Assembly: GCA_040954595.2 (NCBI GenBank)
Contig: CM082579.2
Location: 12,649,834-12,713,833 of the forward strand
Reading direction: 5' to 3'
Length of the DNA stretch: 64,000 nucleotides
Origin: Balanoglossus misakiensis
Lineage: Eukaryota > Animalia > Hemichordata
Shown: piece after piece, positions 50,345 to 62,867 of the stretch
Layout of the letters: each line of letters begins with the position of its first letter
Position numbering within the stretch: the stretch's first letter is position 1
Program-made: the position numbers and the translations under genes
Notes under the pieces: generated by a model
What the model was told of the DNA's origin: nothing
What the model saw: only the letters and a program-made list of their open reading frames with translations
The model's database searches: none

Positions 50345-52721
50345 TTAAAGGAAACAGTCAGGTTCTGACTGCCATGTTGCACAAATTCTGTCCAGCCATG
50401 CCAAAGATGACTGCTTTTAACATTCGCACACAGGTGCTGTCGAAGTCAGATGCACCTTTCATCCAGACAGTTTTGAAGCTCCCTTGTTTTTACCAAAAGT
50501 AAGGGTCTCTAATATTAGCAATTTTCTTTATACAATAACACTTGCTGACATCCACTGTTTGAAAACGCTTTAGTAAGTTCTGCTGAAATTTGGTAGGATG
50601 AAGACTTTGGTCAGTCACTGTTACATGCTATTTGGATATTTTAATTGAATCATTGCATTTTTCGTCATATTTTGAGTTTTGCCTTGCTTGTGCTAGTTAC
50701 CAGTTTCACTGCGTGAAAATGTAAGTGAGCCCTGAAGAAAATGACATGTAATAACCCTTTTTAAGCCTTCCCCTTGATTAACATTTGCATAGTTGAGTTC
50801 ACGTTTCTTGTATTTTTACATATATTTAACACAGACCTTTTCAGAAATTACCATACATTATATCATCATTGTTGGCAAATATTTGCAAAACAATTTGGGG
50901 GATCATATCCTTCAGGGTCAGGATTTGGCCTTTCCTTCTTGTTCACCTTTCATTTGAGCTTTTATTGCTGTAAATTTGGTACTATTTCTCTGCTTTGAGA
51001 TGCAACTGCACTTCAAAGCAGATAAATAACAACAAATCGATATCACATTTCAGGCCGATACAATTCCTCCCATCATGCATCAATAAAAAACTGCTCACAT
51101 AATGAAATTCACGTAAAAGGCAATTTTATTTAAAACATATAAAATGATTAAAGACAGTACATGGACAAAGAACAAAATGTTTTGTTTTTAAATGCACACC
51201 TAAAATAATACTCAAAGTGTAGCTTCATTCAGTAACTCCAAAATACCATGAAAACTTTACTTCATGATCATCTGACATCATCAGATCGCCTGCTTGCACC
51301 ATTTTATCCTATTATGCTTTGTCTTCAAAATTCACCATCTTGTCATGACTCTGTAGAAGAAAAAAGAAAGAAAGTATTTAGTTTGGTCATCTTAAGCACT
51401 TATCTTTGACTGCGGTGTCTATGAGCTGCAACTTTTGAGAAATCTGAACCACTGGCACAGTTCATATAGAGTGGGCTGTTAACACCTTCACCTTGAACAC
51501 AGTGAAATGTCAGCCCGTTCTGTTTTTACCTTTGTCGCCAACATGACAGTGCACTGTTTATAATAAACGTCCCCCATTGTTTTTATATTATGGTTGAAAA
51601 TGTCTCATTTACATTCAACAAATCGGGCCATGGGAAATGTCTTCACACCTTCCAAATATATACTTTGTTATCTGTCATGTTGACAAGGTACAAAAAAGCA
51701 TACAGATTCAATGTGCTGTTATCACAACCAAGGTCAAAAAGTTATGACTAAATAGTTGCTCACTATCACGCGTAAGAGCATGGTTAGAGCTACCAAGTAT
51801 CCAAGCTCAGTAGCTGCTAAAATATCTGAACGTTAGCTATTCTGGCAATCCAGCAATCCCGCGCTTATATGCATCTTTTGTTTGTCGTCAACCATGAAAC
51901 ACCAAGCTGTAGAACACACATGGAAGTCAACCCAGTTTGTTTACCTTTTGTTCTAGCTAATCCTCAAGGCCTTTGATCATGACCGATGTTCCGCGTCTTT
52001 TTTTCTCTATGGGTTATGCTCAATGTTATAAATCTTCACATACTACACCAAATTGAATGAAAAGTCTAAGAATAAAAGAGATATACTTACTCGTTGGTTG
52101 TATCAGATGAATCTTCTATGGTTACATAAAGCTGAGTGCTTTATCTGCCACTGCAAAGTAAAACAAGGGACATTTGAGATAACAATACAAATGCTTGGTG
52201 GAAATGTCAAATTGTCAATCAAAACCTGTTTCACTACATAGACATGCTTGATGCACTAATCCAAACGGCAGAAATAAAAAGGACTTGGACTGACAACTAG
52301 TAGAAATAGTGTCAAAACGCAGACACATGGATGGGGTGGATATGGACAAGACCGGTCTTCCTTTGTTGGTGCATAGATTATCACCGCTGCATGTCGATTT
52401 TCTCTCAAAGACTTCTGTTCTGCGTCCAGACTATCAAGTTTCTGTGACAACTCTTCTTTTGCTTTGTCTGGTTTTGAAACAAACTTATGCACACGGTTGA
52501 CAGCGTTCAGTGACTGCCAGTGGTGCTGGTGTTTCTACGTACCGGAGGTGGACGTCGTAAAACGTCGTAAAACAACCAGCATTTTGCGACATAAAGTGGC
52601 TGCAGAAGTGCGACCCAGATCTTTCAACAAACTTTTGAAAGCGTTTGCTTTTAAAAATGGGCGGTCCAAATATAATCGTAATAATTAGCATGAATATACG
52701 TACATATATGTGGATGTATAA

Positions 52722-53272
52722 GGCTGCATTCACAAACACCTCTGGAGGGGGGGGCGGGAGAATTCAATTTTTTTTACCGCTAATTTTCACATGCCCCCCT
52801 TCCGAACTGCCAATATTTTCAAATCCCCCCCTTCCGAACTGCCAAAATTTTGAAATCCCCCCCCCCCCATTTTCTTTCACAGAGCAAAACACATCACCTA
52901 TCTATCTTGTAAAAAGAAAAACAGCGCTCCCATGAAAAGAATTTGAAACTGATGTTTCCCCTCATCCGTGGGTATTAAAACTGAACATTGTTTTTATTTT
53001 TTAAGTACATATATTTGTATTCTGTGTTGGGAGACATTGTAAACCGAGAATTGAAGGGGGTGGGTTTGGGAGGGGGTGTAAAATAAAGGGCGTGAAACTG
53101 CATTTTTGTGGACTCAAAATAAATATTTAGTCGTTAAAGTTTTCAAGTCCCCCCCTTTCAGTCCCTAAATTATTTCAAATCCCCCCCCCCCTTACATATC
53201 CTCAATTTTTTATCAAATCCCCCCTCAATTCTCCTGCCCCCCCCCCCTCCAGAGGTGTTTGTGAATGCAGCC
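52722..53272. mobile_element. PIF/Harbinger-type MITE, TAA TSD
   Basis: taa|ggctgcattcacaaacacctctggagggggg ... ccccctccagaggtgtttgtgaatgcagcc|taa; internal C-rich repeats. Confidence 0.85.
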
Positions 53273-53289
53273 TAATGTAAGCACACTAT

Positions 53290-53560
53290 TGCTGAAATTT
53301 TAAGATATTGCAAAGTTTAAAAATTGTCATTTTTTGATTATTTTCATAAGCTATGATGATTTTTTTTTCAAAAAATACAGAAATTTTGAACTTTCGCAAA
53401 GTCGAAAAAATTTCATTTTGGATGATTTTCTTGAGCTGTAACCCATGATTTTTTTCAAAAAATGCAGAAATTTTGAACTTTCGCAAAGTCAAAAAATTGT
53501 CATTTTTGGACGATTTTCGTGAGCCGTAACCCATGATTTTTTTCAAAAAATGCAGATTTT
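53290..53560. repeat. ~79-bp tandem repeat, about 3.5 copies
   Basis: Repeated ttttttcaaaaaatgcagaaattttgaactttcgcaaagtc...aacccatga. Confidence 0.8.
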
Positions 53561-54949
53561 CCACTGACTTATTTCTTGTTAACAAAACATGCACATGTTT
53601 AGCCAACACTGGTATTGTTGCCAATGTTATAATTAGATTAAAATTTAAACGTCAACAAATTTCATTTATCCATGTACAGGCAAGCTGATAAGTTCACTGG
53701 GCCACTATATAATAATAAGTAGATTGTAACTATGTTTACAGGGAAAAAAATTAAATATTATACCACAAAGGTGCCATATAAAATTGAATTGGCATAGTCA
53801 ATCTGATTGGCTCAAAAGTACAGAGCTGTGATCCGCTAAAAGTCTTATGGTTAGAGTCTGTATCAACAGTTAATCTCCGATATTTCTCCCGGGCCACGAA
53901 TGTGAATAAGAATTAGTCAACAATAAAAATTAGATTTTGATTTCCGCTGATCTCACAAGATTGTCACATCTGCAGTTCAGTCACTCAACTGTAGCTAAAC
54001 TCCAATCCAGGCGTTGTTTAATGTCGTCATCCCAAACTCGAATCTTGTTGCTTGAGTTTCCTGCTTTCTTGTGATTTTCCAGTAGCATGGGTAAATATTC
54101 CGAAACCCATCGTCGCTCTACATTTTGCATTATTTGCATTCCATAGATCAAAACAGATCAATGATCTAGTCCAATCAGGCCTTGCTGTATATTGTACTCA
54201 TCCAACATTACAGGGACAAAGCCTCCTGTTTGACCTTTTTGTGATATCAGGAAGTACTTCAATATAAGGTCACTGTGTAAAATAATTTCAATGCAACACC
54301 TCAGAAATTTTCTCATAGCTGTTTGAAAAGAGAATTTTTGTTCATACTTGAGATAAAATAAACTACTTTTCATATTTATTTACTGTGATAAACAAAAATG
54401 CCAAAAAACAGTCATCATCACTATCACTCAGAACTGGACAATCTGTGTGCCAAATGCTTCATCACTTTCTTCGGCGGTAGATGATTGGTGGCCATGAGCA
54501 GTAAGTAAATCCAGTCATCTCACAGGTTGTGGCATCTCTCCTCTACAGGGTGTTAAATGTTTGGAATGGACTGAAATATTTGCTGGAATCGTAAAGTAGA
54601 CTATACCGTAGGGAGATATACATTACATTTGAACGGAAATTGTACTAACGAACAGTTTTCATTACAAAGTGTAACATTGACTGGTGTTTTTCTTTCAACC
54701 CTGGTGCAAACCTGCTTCCATTTGTCCGGGCAATTGTTGCATTACATGCAACAAAGCACACAACCAATAGCCTGGTTAAATTGAGGGGATATAAAGAGTG
54801 GCTTTTTTTTACCTTTTCCAGACAGATCAAACAGTTCAGAGTACTAAGTCCACTCAGGGTCTGAACGGGAGATTAGAAAAATCGCACCGAGGACACAGCT
54901 GTGGTCCCATTGAGGGATTACACAAGAAAAAGTCTAGATAAGAAAAAAA

Positions 54950-55612
54950 TTGTAAGTGGTGTCGCCAATCCTCTCACTGATAAGATATGGGCTTCTCCAT
55001 CGTTCTTGGAAGCACCCCTTTGTCGTCGAGGATAATAGACCCAAACCTTGTCACCCTCTGAGAACGGAGAAAACCGAGTCTTTGCCTGTGCCTGTTGTCA
55101 TTGTTGACGCATGTCATGCTCTGTCAGTATCTTGCTTCTGACCGATTCATGGACTCTTTGGAGATTGTCGAGTCTCTTTGTGAAATGCTCTACACCTTTC
55201 CCTCCCCTGCCGGTTGGGGGCATAGTCGAGAGAAAGTCAACTTTGTTGCAAGTTTCACAGCCGAATAAGACTTTGAAGGGAGATTCCTTTGTTGTGGCAT
55301 TCTGCATGGAACGGATAGCAAACAGGGCTGTGGGGAGCTTTTCATCCCAGTCGGTTTTGTCTTCTGCATCAATTAACATTGCTTGACGTTCAGCCATTTA
55401 TTTATTCATTCGTTCAATCTGTCCGTTACAACACGAGCGTTTGATACCCAGGCGTGACAATTCCTGCATGATGTGGGCTTCAAAGTTTCGACCTTGATCA
55501 GAATGTAGTCCTGGAACCCCAAAGCGACACACTATTTCATCATACACAATTCCTGCTGTGGTCAAGGCTGTTTCATCTGGCACCACAAAGGCTTCAACCC
55601 ATTTGCTCAAAG
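54950..55612 (-). pseudogene. Gypsy LTR-retrotransposon integrase remnant
   Basis: SKWVEAF, RFGVP..HSDQGRNFE, NGQIERMN, WDEKLP..LFA.R..TKESPF..LFG, GPY-like W.SPY.I.ERIGDTTY; cut at 55612 by an insertion. Confidence 0.85.
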
Positions 55613-57255
55613 TAGTGCAGGAGCTTAACCCCAAATTTTGGCATAATTGTGCGCGCAGTTTGGGTTAAAAGCATGAAACTTGGTACACTTGTGCATTGAC
55701 CCATGGCGGCCATTTTATGATATGGATCCAAAATGGCAGCGCCCTCTAGTGGCCAGAAACAGACATTCATACTTTAAAATTGTGCACTTCGAGTTAAAAG
55801 CATGAAATTTGGTACAATTATTCATTGACCCATGGCGGACATTTTCCAATATGGATCCCAAAAGACTGCGCCCTCTAGTGGCTAGAAACTGACATTTACA
55901 CTTTTCCCCCCATTAATGACACTTTTTGGGCAAGTTTAACACTCAGAGACAGGAATTTGGGTTGTAAAACATGCTTGCTGCCATACATTCCTTTGAATAA
56001 TATCCTAATCCTGATGTACATGTATCAGATCAATCTTGTATATTACTAATTAAACGATTTTTTCTTCGAAATAACAGAACCAGTTGAATACACAAAGTCA
56101 TGCAAAGGGGTAAGACAACACCTCATCTCCAGAAAGTCAAGGGTTCTCGAGAATACAGGCAGCTCCTAAAGAACATGTGGTCTGAGAAACCTAGCAAAGC
56201 TATATCAAACCAACAGAATCCCAGTGGAAATCAAGTTTGACAACTCTTAATCAAGGCGAAGGAAAGTGTCAACCTCAGGAAATCAGTTGCAAACGGTCAT
56301 GCACATGTTTCTGTAGGTGCTTTAGGTCTAGTCTGACAGCGGTGGTCATTGTTACTGTGAAGGAAGATGTCATCAAGATTGATCTGATACATGTATATCA
56401 GGATTAGGATAATATACACATCAATGTATGGTAGCAAGCATGTTTTACAACCCACATTCCTGTTTCTGAGTGTTACAAATGACCAAAAAGTGCCATTAAT
56501 GGGGGAAAGTGTGAATGTCAGTTTCTGGCCACAAGAGGGTGTTGTCATTTTGGATCCATATCATAAAATGGCCGCCATGGGTCAATGCATAAGTGTACCA
56601 AGTTTCAGGGGTGCGTTCGACGCAAAAAGCGTTTTGTGAATACTTGCGCAGGGCGCTTTTGTACTTTGTCGCCGTCAATGACCTTTGGCTTTTCAGAGAC
56701 GGCGTCCGTCAGCAAGAACGTCCCGGTGCGCATACATGGACATGATTCCGGAAGTGCATACCACTTTTAAACCGTTCTACACAAGACAGTAGCAGCACAA
56801 TCCATGTGAATTGGTTTATTGATTGAGAAAAAATACAAGCTTTCGCTTGGTAAAACTATCACTACCTAAATCGACAAATATTCTGCAATTTCTTCGAAAA
56901 TATGCCCTGCGAGTCGTACTTAGGCTTACATGTCTGCCCTTTTGAATTAATGAGATGTTCGCCACGAGTTACCTCCGACTTACGCCTTCCATTGTTACAA
57001 AATGTTTGGGGAAAAACAATGACAAAAGATCGTTCGGCATGAAAACATTCCCAAACGCTTCGTACGTCGAACGCACCCCAGGCTTTTAACCTGAAGTGCA
57101 CGTTTTTTAAGTATGAATGTCTGTTTCTGGCCTCTAAAGGGCGCTGTCATTTTGGATCCATATCAGAAAATGGCTGCCATGGGTCAACACATAAGTGTAC
57201 CAAGTTTCATGCTTTTAACCTAAAGTTCACGATTTTTTGGTTAACTGCCCCACTA
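55613..57255. mobile_element. Non-autonomous Academ-like element (TAGTG...CACTA) with ~400-bp repetitive inverted arms
   Basis: 55670-56038 is mirrored by 56374-56605 plus 57082-57255; TSD imperfect (aag/aaa). Confidence 0.6.
56609..57078. mobile_element. Harbinger-group MITE with CAG (CWG) TSD
   Basis: cag|gggtgcgttcgacg ... cgtcgaacgcaccc|cag; empty site aagtttcatgcttttaacc at ~57202. Confidence 0.85.
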
Positions 57256-57645
57256 AAACTATATAGCAAGTCACATCAGAGGAGAATAAAAATGTCATCA
57301 AGTACATATAAACAACAAAATGGGCAAATGCACTGATGTCGGAACTGCTGAAGTCGAGAATCAGCTCTGAACTTATTCAGTAATCTAGTGCTTGGGGTGG
57401 AAACTTTAATGCAGAACATACTCTCTCGATATGCAAATATAATTTATTTAAACTCGCTGCCATGCGAACATATTACCAGGAACCATCAAAAAGGCAGTCT
57501 ATATATATATACATGTACACTGAGAAGCCATAGAGACGTGCATGTTCAAGTAGACCTGAATAGTGATCTATCGAGCTAAAAAAGAAACCGAAAAGATCCT
57601 TTTTTATTTAAAGTACGAGCAAACTTTGTGTGGATTATCGGTTTA

Positions 57646-58398
57646 TCAATACTTGGTAGAATCGCCATTTTTTTCAATGACTTCAGGCATAACTGAAAAC
57701 ATGTGATCGATGTACTCGCTGCACTTCTGTGGTGTCAATGCTGTCCAAAACTTCTTAATTCCAGCTATCAACTCCGCTTTGCTTGATGGCTTCATTTTTT
57801 GCGTATATGGTGTTTCGAGAGCGACCACATTTTCTCAATTGGGTTCAGATCCTGAAAATGCAAAGACGAAAATGTCAACAAGCGTACGTGTTGGGGAATA
57901 ATCAGGGACGTGCTGACCATGGGCTACAACGAAGGTGGTAAGGAGAGGGTTTACCCTCTTGCCCGAGCTCATCGTGAGCGTCATTGTCAGCGTAGAGCAT
58001 ATGAGCCGATTTTATTTTAACCACGTACAGTGCAGTATGAATACAGTGTAGTGCCATATGACGGTGCAAATGTTATGTTCACATATGTACATGCGTCTAT
58101 TAGTATGCACCACATACTGCAATCAACTGTACGTTATTAAACTTCCCAGAGAACTACAATGAGTTGCCTACTGGTGATACAGGTGATGATTGCCTGTGAT
58201 TTATGCCATTGCTGACTATCAACTCCTTTGTTGATCTACTTGTATGTTTCGGATCTGTGGTGGTCAGGGTACTCAGAATTAATGAAGGGAACCAGGCTTG
58301 ACTGAAGAATATGTTGATAACCAACACTGTTCATAATTCCCGAGAAAATTACAATACGGGTTGGACCTTTCCGTGAGATTCCCGCCCACACCATAACC
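57646..58398 (-). pseudogene. Intron-containing Tc1-like (DDE_3) transposase, C-terminal remnant
   Basis: VMVWAGIS..G.T....GIMNSVGY..IL, SP then intron then DLNPIEKMW, and the terminal VIEKNGDSTKY. Confidence 0.8.
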
Positions 58399-59559
58399 TG
58401 CATGAAAAACATAAATATCGTTGGATCGTACAATATTATCGCATGGAGGTGACACATCATTCTACAACTTGCACGTTTATTTCAACTCAAACTCACAGTC
58501 CATGCCTAATTTCTACCGTGCATGTTTCATTTATATGCAAATATTGCCCCATATTTACTGCCGAAGTTATTGGTCTTGTCGGTGTGCATGGTTGTATGTT
58601 GCTTGCTGGCGTATACTGTGGCTAGCTATTGTTCTGCCAGCCACAGTCGCTTTAGGTTGAGATTGTCCACTGTTGATGGTGATGGTAGACGATTTGCCGT
58701 TTTCTGGACCAGACGGAGACACGCATAATCACTGGACCAATATGGCTGCTTCGAACGTGATTTTGCAGCAGGGCATAAATGCAAAGCTGGGCGTCTTCGG
58801 TGTATTCATGGGTGTTTTCGTCATACAAGTGGACAACCTCACCTGACAGCTCTTTTTAAGCTTGACATGCAGCTCTTCATTTTCGTGACGATGGTTGTGT
58901 AGTTGTTGTTTCAGACTCTGGATCTGCTCCTTGTGACTTGATTGCTGTGACTGTGACATCTGTTGGCACTTCGCTTCAGCTTCTTGGTCCGGTGCTGCAG
59001 CTCGGCCTTGGTGGATTGAAGCCGGTCTTCAACCTCTTCTAACTGGGTGTTGAGGCTGTCCATCACGTTCACATGTTCACTGAGCTGGCTAGACAACTGA
59101 CTGCTTTGGTTAGCCATATCTCTCTGAAGTTCAACAAGTTCCTTGGCGAGACTGTCGGTGACCTCTTTATAGGTGGCTGCCATATTGGGTGGTGGTACTG
59201 GTGGAAGTCGAGCAGCTTGGGTGGACGTTGCTTGTGGAAATTTGAATTCCTCATCCATGAAGGAATCCAGTAGCAGTTGACCACCTTGTCGATGCTTGAC
59301 TAAATTGGTTGACTAGTGTAATCTGAAATTGTTAACATGAATACCTCCCTGGCTGGTGCCTTATTATGGACAACAGCACTTCTCATCAGCATGGCCAACT
59401 GGCAGAACCAATGTACCGTTATAAGTTGCTGCGGTATTATAAGTCGCACCCCTTCTTTGAAAGACTTGTTTGGGAGGAGATTTTCAGAAAATGGAAACAA
59501 CAGAACATCCGTATTGTAAGTCGCACCCCCTTTTCAGCACACACTGTCACTCATGAAGC

Positions 59560-61180
59560 ATGGGCAACGAGACGAGCCCTTTCCCCACATGTTGACAACT
59601 GCTTGGTTGTCACAATGGAAAACGGCATCCGTGCCACGACTGTCCCCAAATTATACTTGCAACCATGATTGGATACATTTCCTGCCATTCGATGGATGAC
59701 TGCAAGTCTTTTGGCCATTTAACGTGAAACCATTGTCCCTTGTAGTAGCCGGCGCAACCGATGGATCCTGCAGCATCTGTGAAGAGCTCGATGTCGTGGG
59801 AGGCCGACCATTTTGACTCGAGAAATGATGCAGAACCATTCCAGGATGACAGAAAGTCAAGCCACCACCTGATGTCGAGACGGAATCTGTCAGAAAGTGT
59901 GATGGTGTCCTCGATGTTCTTGACAGAAGTACTTTGGTCGATCATTGGGCGGAGAAATATGCTGCCAACAGGTACACACTTAAAAGCGAAGCTAAGTGTA
60001 CCGATTAAGATGGGTCCCTGGGATCTTTTTGCTCGTTGCTATGGGCCTTTATAGGACATTACACCCCGATTTGGACTAAGCCGTTTTCAGAGTCTAACAA
60101 GGGGCTGGTAACTAGTTGAAAATCTGCACGATTGTGTGCACACCCCCTGTCCGAGTATGTTTACGGCAGCTACCGCCCGGCCGTAGGCCGCCACGCTAAT
60201 ACGGCAAAGCAGCGTTCAGCGATAGCGTGCGCGTCCTGTGACCACAGTAACTGGATCGAACGCTAAAAATCCAATGTTTTGTACACAGAGATTTTGTACC
60301 GTTCACGAAAATCCCTAAGGCTTTTTTCATAGGCCACGTACGCCAGTCAAATTTGACCTGCTTGTTGAGAACGCACTTCCGCACAGTGTGACGGATCATT
60401 TTTTCGGTTTTCGTCGTGCTAAGAAGCGATACCGGTGGAAGAGTGCGTCCAAAAACACCCAAAATCGATGACTTTTTCAGGTGTGGTACGGGTATGCTGA
60501 AATCGTAGGATACAACGATAATATTCGAAAACAAAATCCGTCACGATCTTCCCTGGTTCAAGCAACTAATGAATACGTATCAAGTTCGTTTTTGAGGTCA
60601 CGGAATAAAAAGCCTTAGGCTTTTGAAATTTGACCTAGCTAATTTGCATATCAATGGCGTCAGGGGGCGCGCGCTCACAATCGTGCAGATTTTCGACTAG
60701 TTACCAGCCCCTTGTTAGACTCTGAAAACGGCTTAGTCCAAATCGGGGTGTAATGTCCTATAAAGGCCCATAGCAACGAGCAAAAAGATCCCAGGGACCC
60801 ATCTTAATGACAGCAACTGCCGTTTGGTACAGGGTGCTTTTGTTAGCCATAGAGGTAATGTCTTCAGGAGTTCAGATAGCTTGTCGTTTGGCAATCTGAT
60901 GATCATGTCGTTAGTGTCCAGTTCGATGCCGAGGAAAGTGATGACTGGTGAAGGTCCTTTGATCTTCTCTTTTGCAATTGATACTCCGAGGTCGTCGCAG
61001 ACAGAAACCATTTCGTTGGCTAATGGTTGGCACTTGTTTGAGTTTGGGGGCCTGCACCGAGGTAGTCGTCCAGGTAGTGAAGTGGGTCTTTGGAACTTGC
61101 TCTGATGCAGATGATCCAGTGGATGGCTTCTGGTTGAAGAGATACGGTGCAGAGCGGAGGCCGAAAGTTACAACCCGTTT
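59560..61180 (-). pseudogene. DIRS/Ngaro-type reverse transcriptase-RNase H remnant
   Basis: FGLRSAPYLF, HYLDD, FLGIELDT, RQLLSL|IGTLSFA, DIRWW.DFL..WNG, LFTDAA..G, EMYPI..A..WG; split by the 60009 insertion. Confidence 0.85.
60009..60803. mobile_element. Young non-autonomous Kolobok-type element, TTAA TSD, ~127-bp near-perfect TIRs
   Basis: ttaa|gatgggtccctgggatc ... gatcccagggacccatc|ttaa; removing it restores the RT reading LLSLIGTL. Confidence 0.9.
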
Positions 61181-62867
61181 TGCCCTGTTGGTTGGCTTGT
61201 TGTAACGGTCACTCCACCACATGGTCGAGGTTAAAAATAGAACTTGGAGAGGTTTCAGTGTGACAAAGAAAGTAATACAATGTAGTAGGGTTATTTCTTA
61301 CCAAGATCCTCAAAATTTATTGTACTAAGATCTTGTGTTAGGTTGTGAGGATCTGATTCATGCTGTATGAGTGATAGCACTGCTTCAACCTCTGTGTTTC
61401 TGCCTTTACAGAGAAAGATGAAAATGACCTTTGTAACTATTGTAGAACTAAATTGGTTAAATGTACACATACACATGACTGAAGATGCCAAACGTTACTA
61501 ACACAAAATCCATACAGATGGCTCAAGAAGTCAATACATCACGGAGCTTAAAGGGGGCACTTCTCAATAAAAGAACAATTTCATGATATTTGCTACTTTG
61601 TCACCGTCACTTTGTGTATTTTGTCTGCTAAACATGGCAATTGGGGTCGTTAGAGTCTACGCCAACTGTTTATTTTGCGCTGTTACTTTTCTCGGAGCAC
61701 ACTCAATATAAAATTGTCACGTATGCCGGTATGGTATGGTGGAATACATATAAACCTACTACACAATGATGTCAGTAGGCTTACACACAGTTCCTCCACA
61801 AACATAACTAACATATCGGGAAAATCATCATAGATAGTAGAGCGATCGACTAGTGCCCCTGCTTCCAAGGAGAAAAACGTAACTGTAAGATAGTCACGTG
61901 ACCATAACCCGCATCCTACAGCTAATCCCCTCATTCACACGTCTGAACAATATGACATTACCGACCGTCTTTCTTGAGGGACTGTTGCTCCCGAAAGTGT
62001 CTAATATGACACGTACGATGTATCCTAAATAGCGAAAAAGAAGAAAAAGCACAACAAGTGACAATTTCGAGGAATTTACTTGGAATTTGAAGTATCACAG
62101 AGAGGTGTTCATGAAGCCTAAAAGATGCCAACTGATACAGCCGGAACGCAGGTTGCTCTCATAGAGGGCGCGCATTAAGCAGAGGTCACGTGATAAATTT
62201 CAAAATGTCAGCCTTCAATCATGAAAACAACACCGTCAGAAATCAGGCCGTGTATCTTCGGATATCCTCGTGTGTTTTTTAAAACGACGATTTGATTGAG
62301 GAAAGTGGTCCTCCAACTGTATCGAGTTCAATTTTTGTGTCTTCATAAGGTCAGATAATTACGCTAGTAGTTTTTTACGAGATCGTAGTGTTGTTTGTTT
62401 AATCGTAAAAATTGCCATTTTCAATGTTTCGAGGCGAATATTTCGGTACACACACAAAAATGTGTTCGAACCCTAGATTGTTTACTTAGCTGTAATACTG
62501 GAAAATGTTACCTTCCTTGGAGCTTTTATAAAAATTTGCTGCACATCTTAGTGAACCATATACATTATGTGTAAATGTAGGTCAAATGTTAGCCAAGTAG
62601 ACCTTGCTTGTCTACATCGTGTAAGACAAAAAACATTACTGATCATGTAAGTATTACATCCTAACTTGCTAAATAAATGCTTGGATCATATTTTACATGC
62701 TGAATTATTGTCATAATTTCGTAATTTTGTTTCACAACACAGCATCCAGATAATGTTCATGTAATTTCCCAGTAATAGTATACTGTGCTGTACAATTTGA
62801 ATATCATTGTTGATTTATTGATATATATCATATGAGCTTATACTATACAATCATGATCATTGCAACA

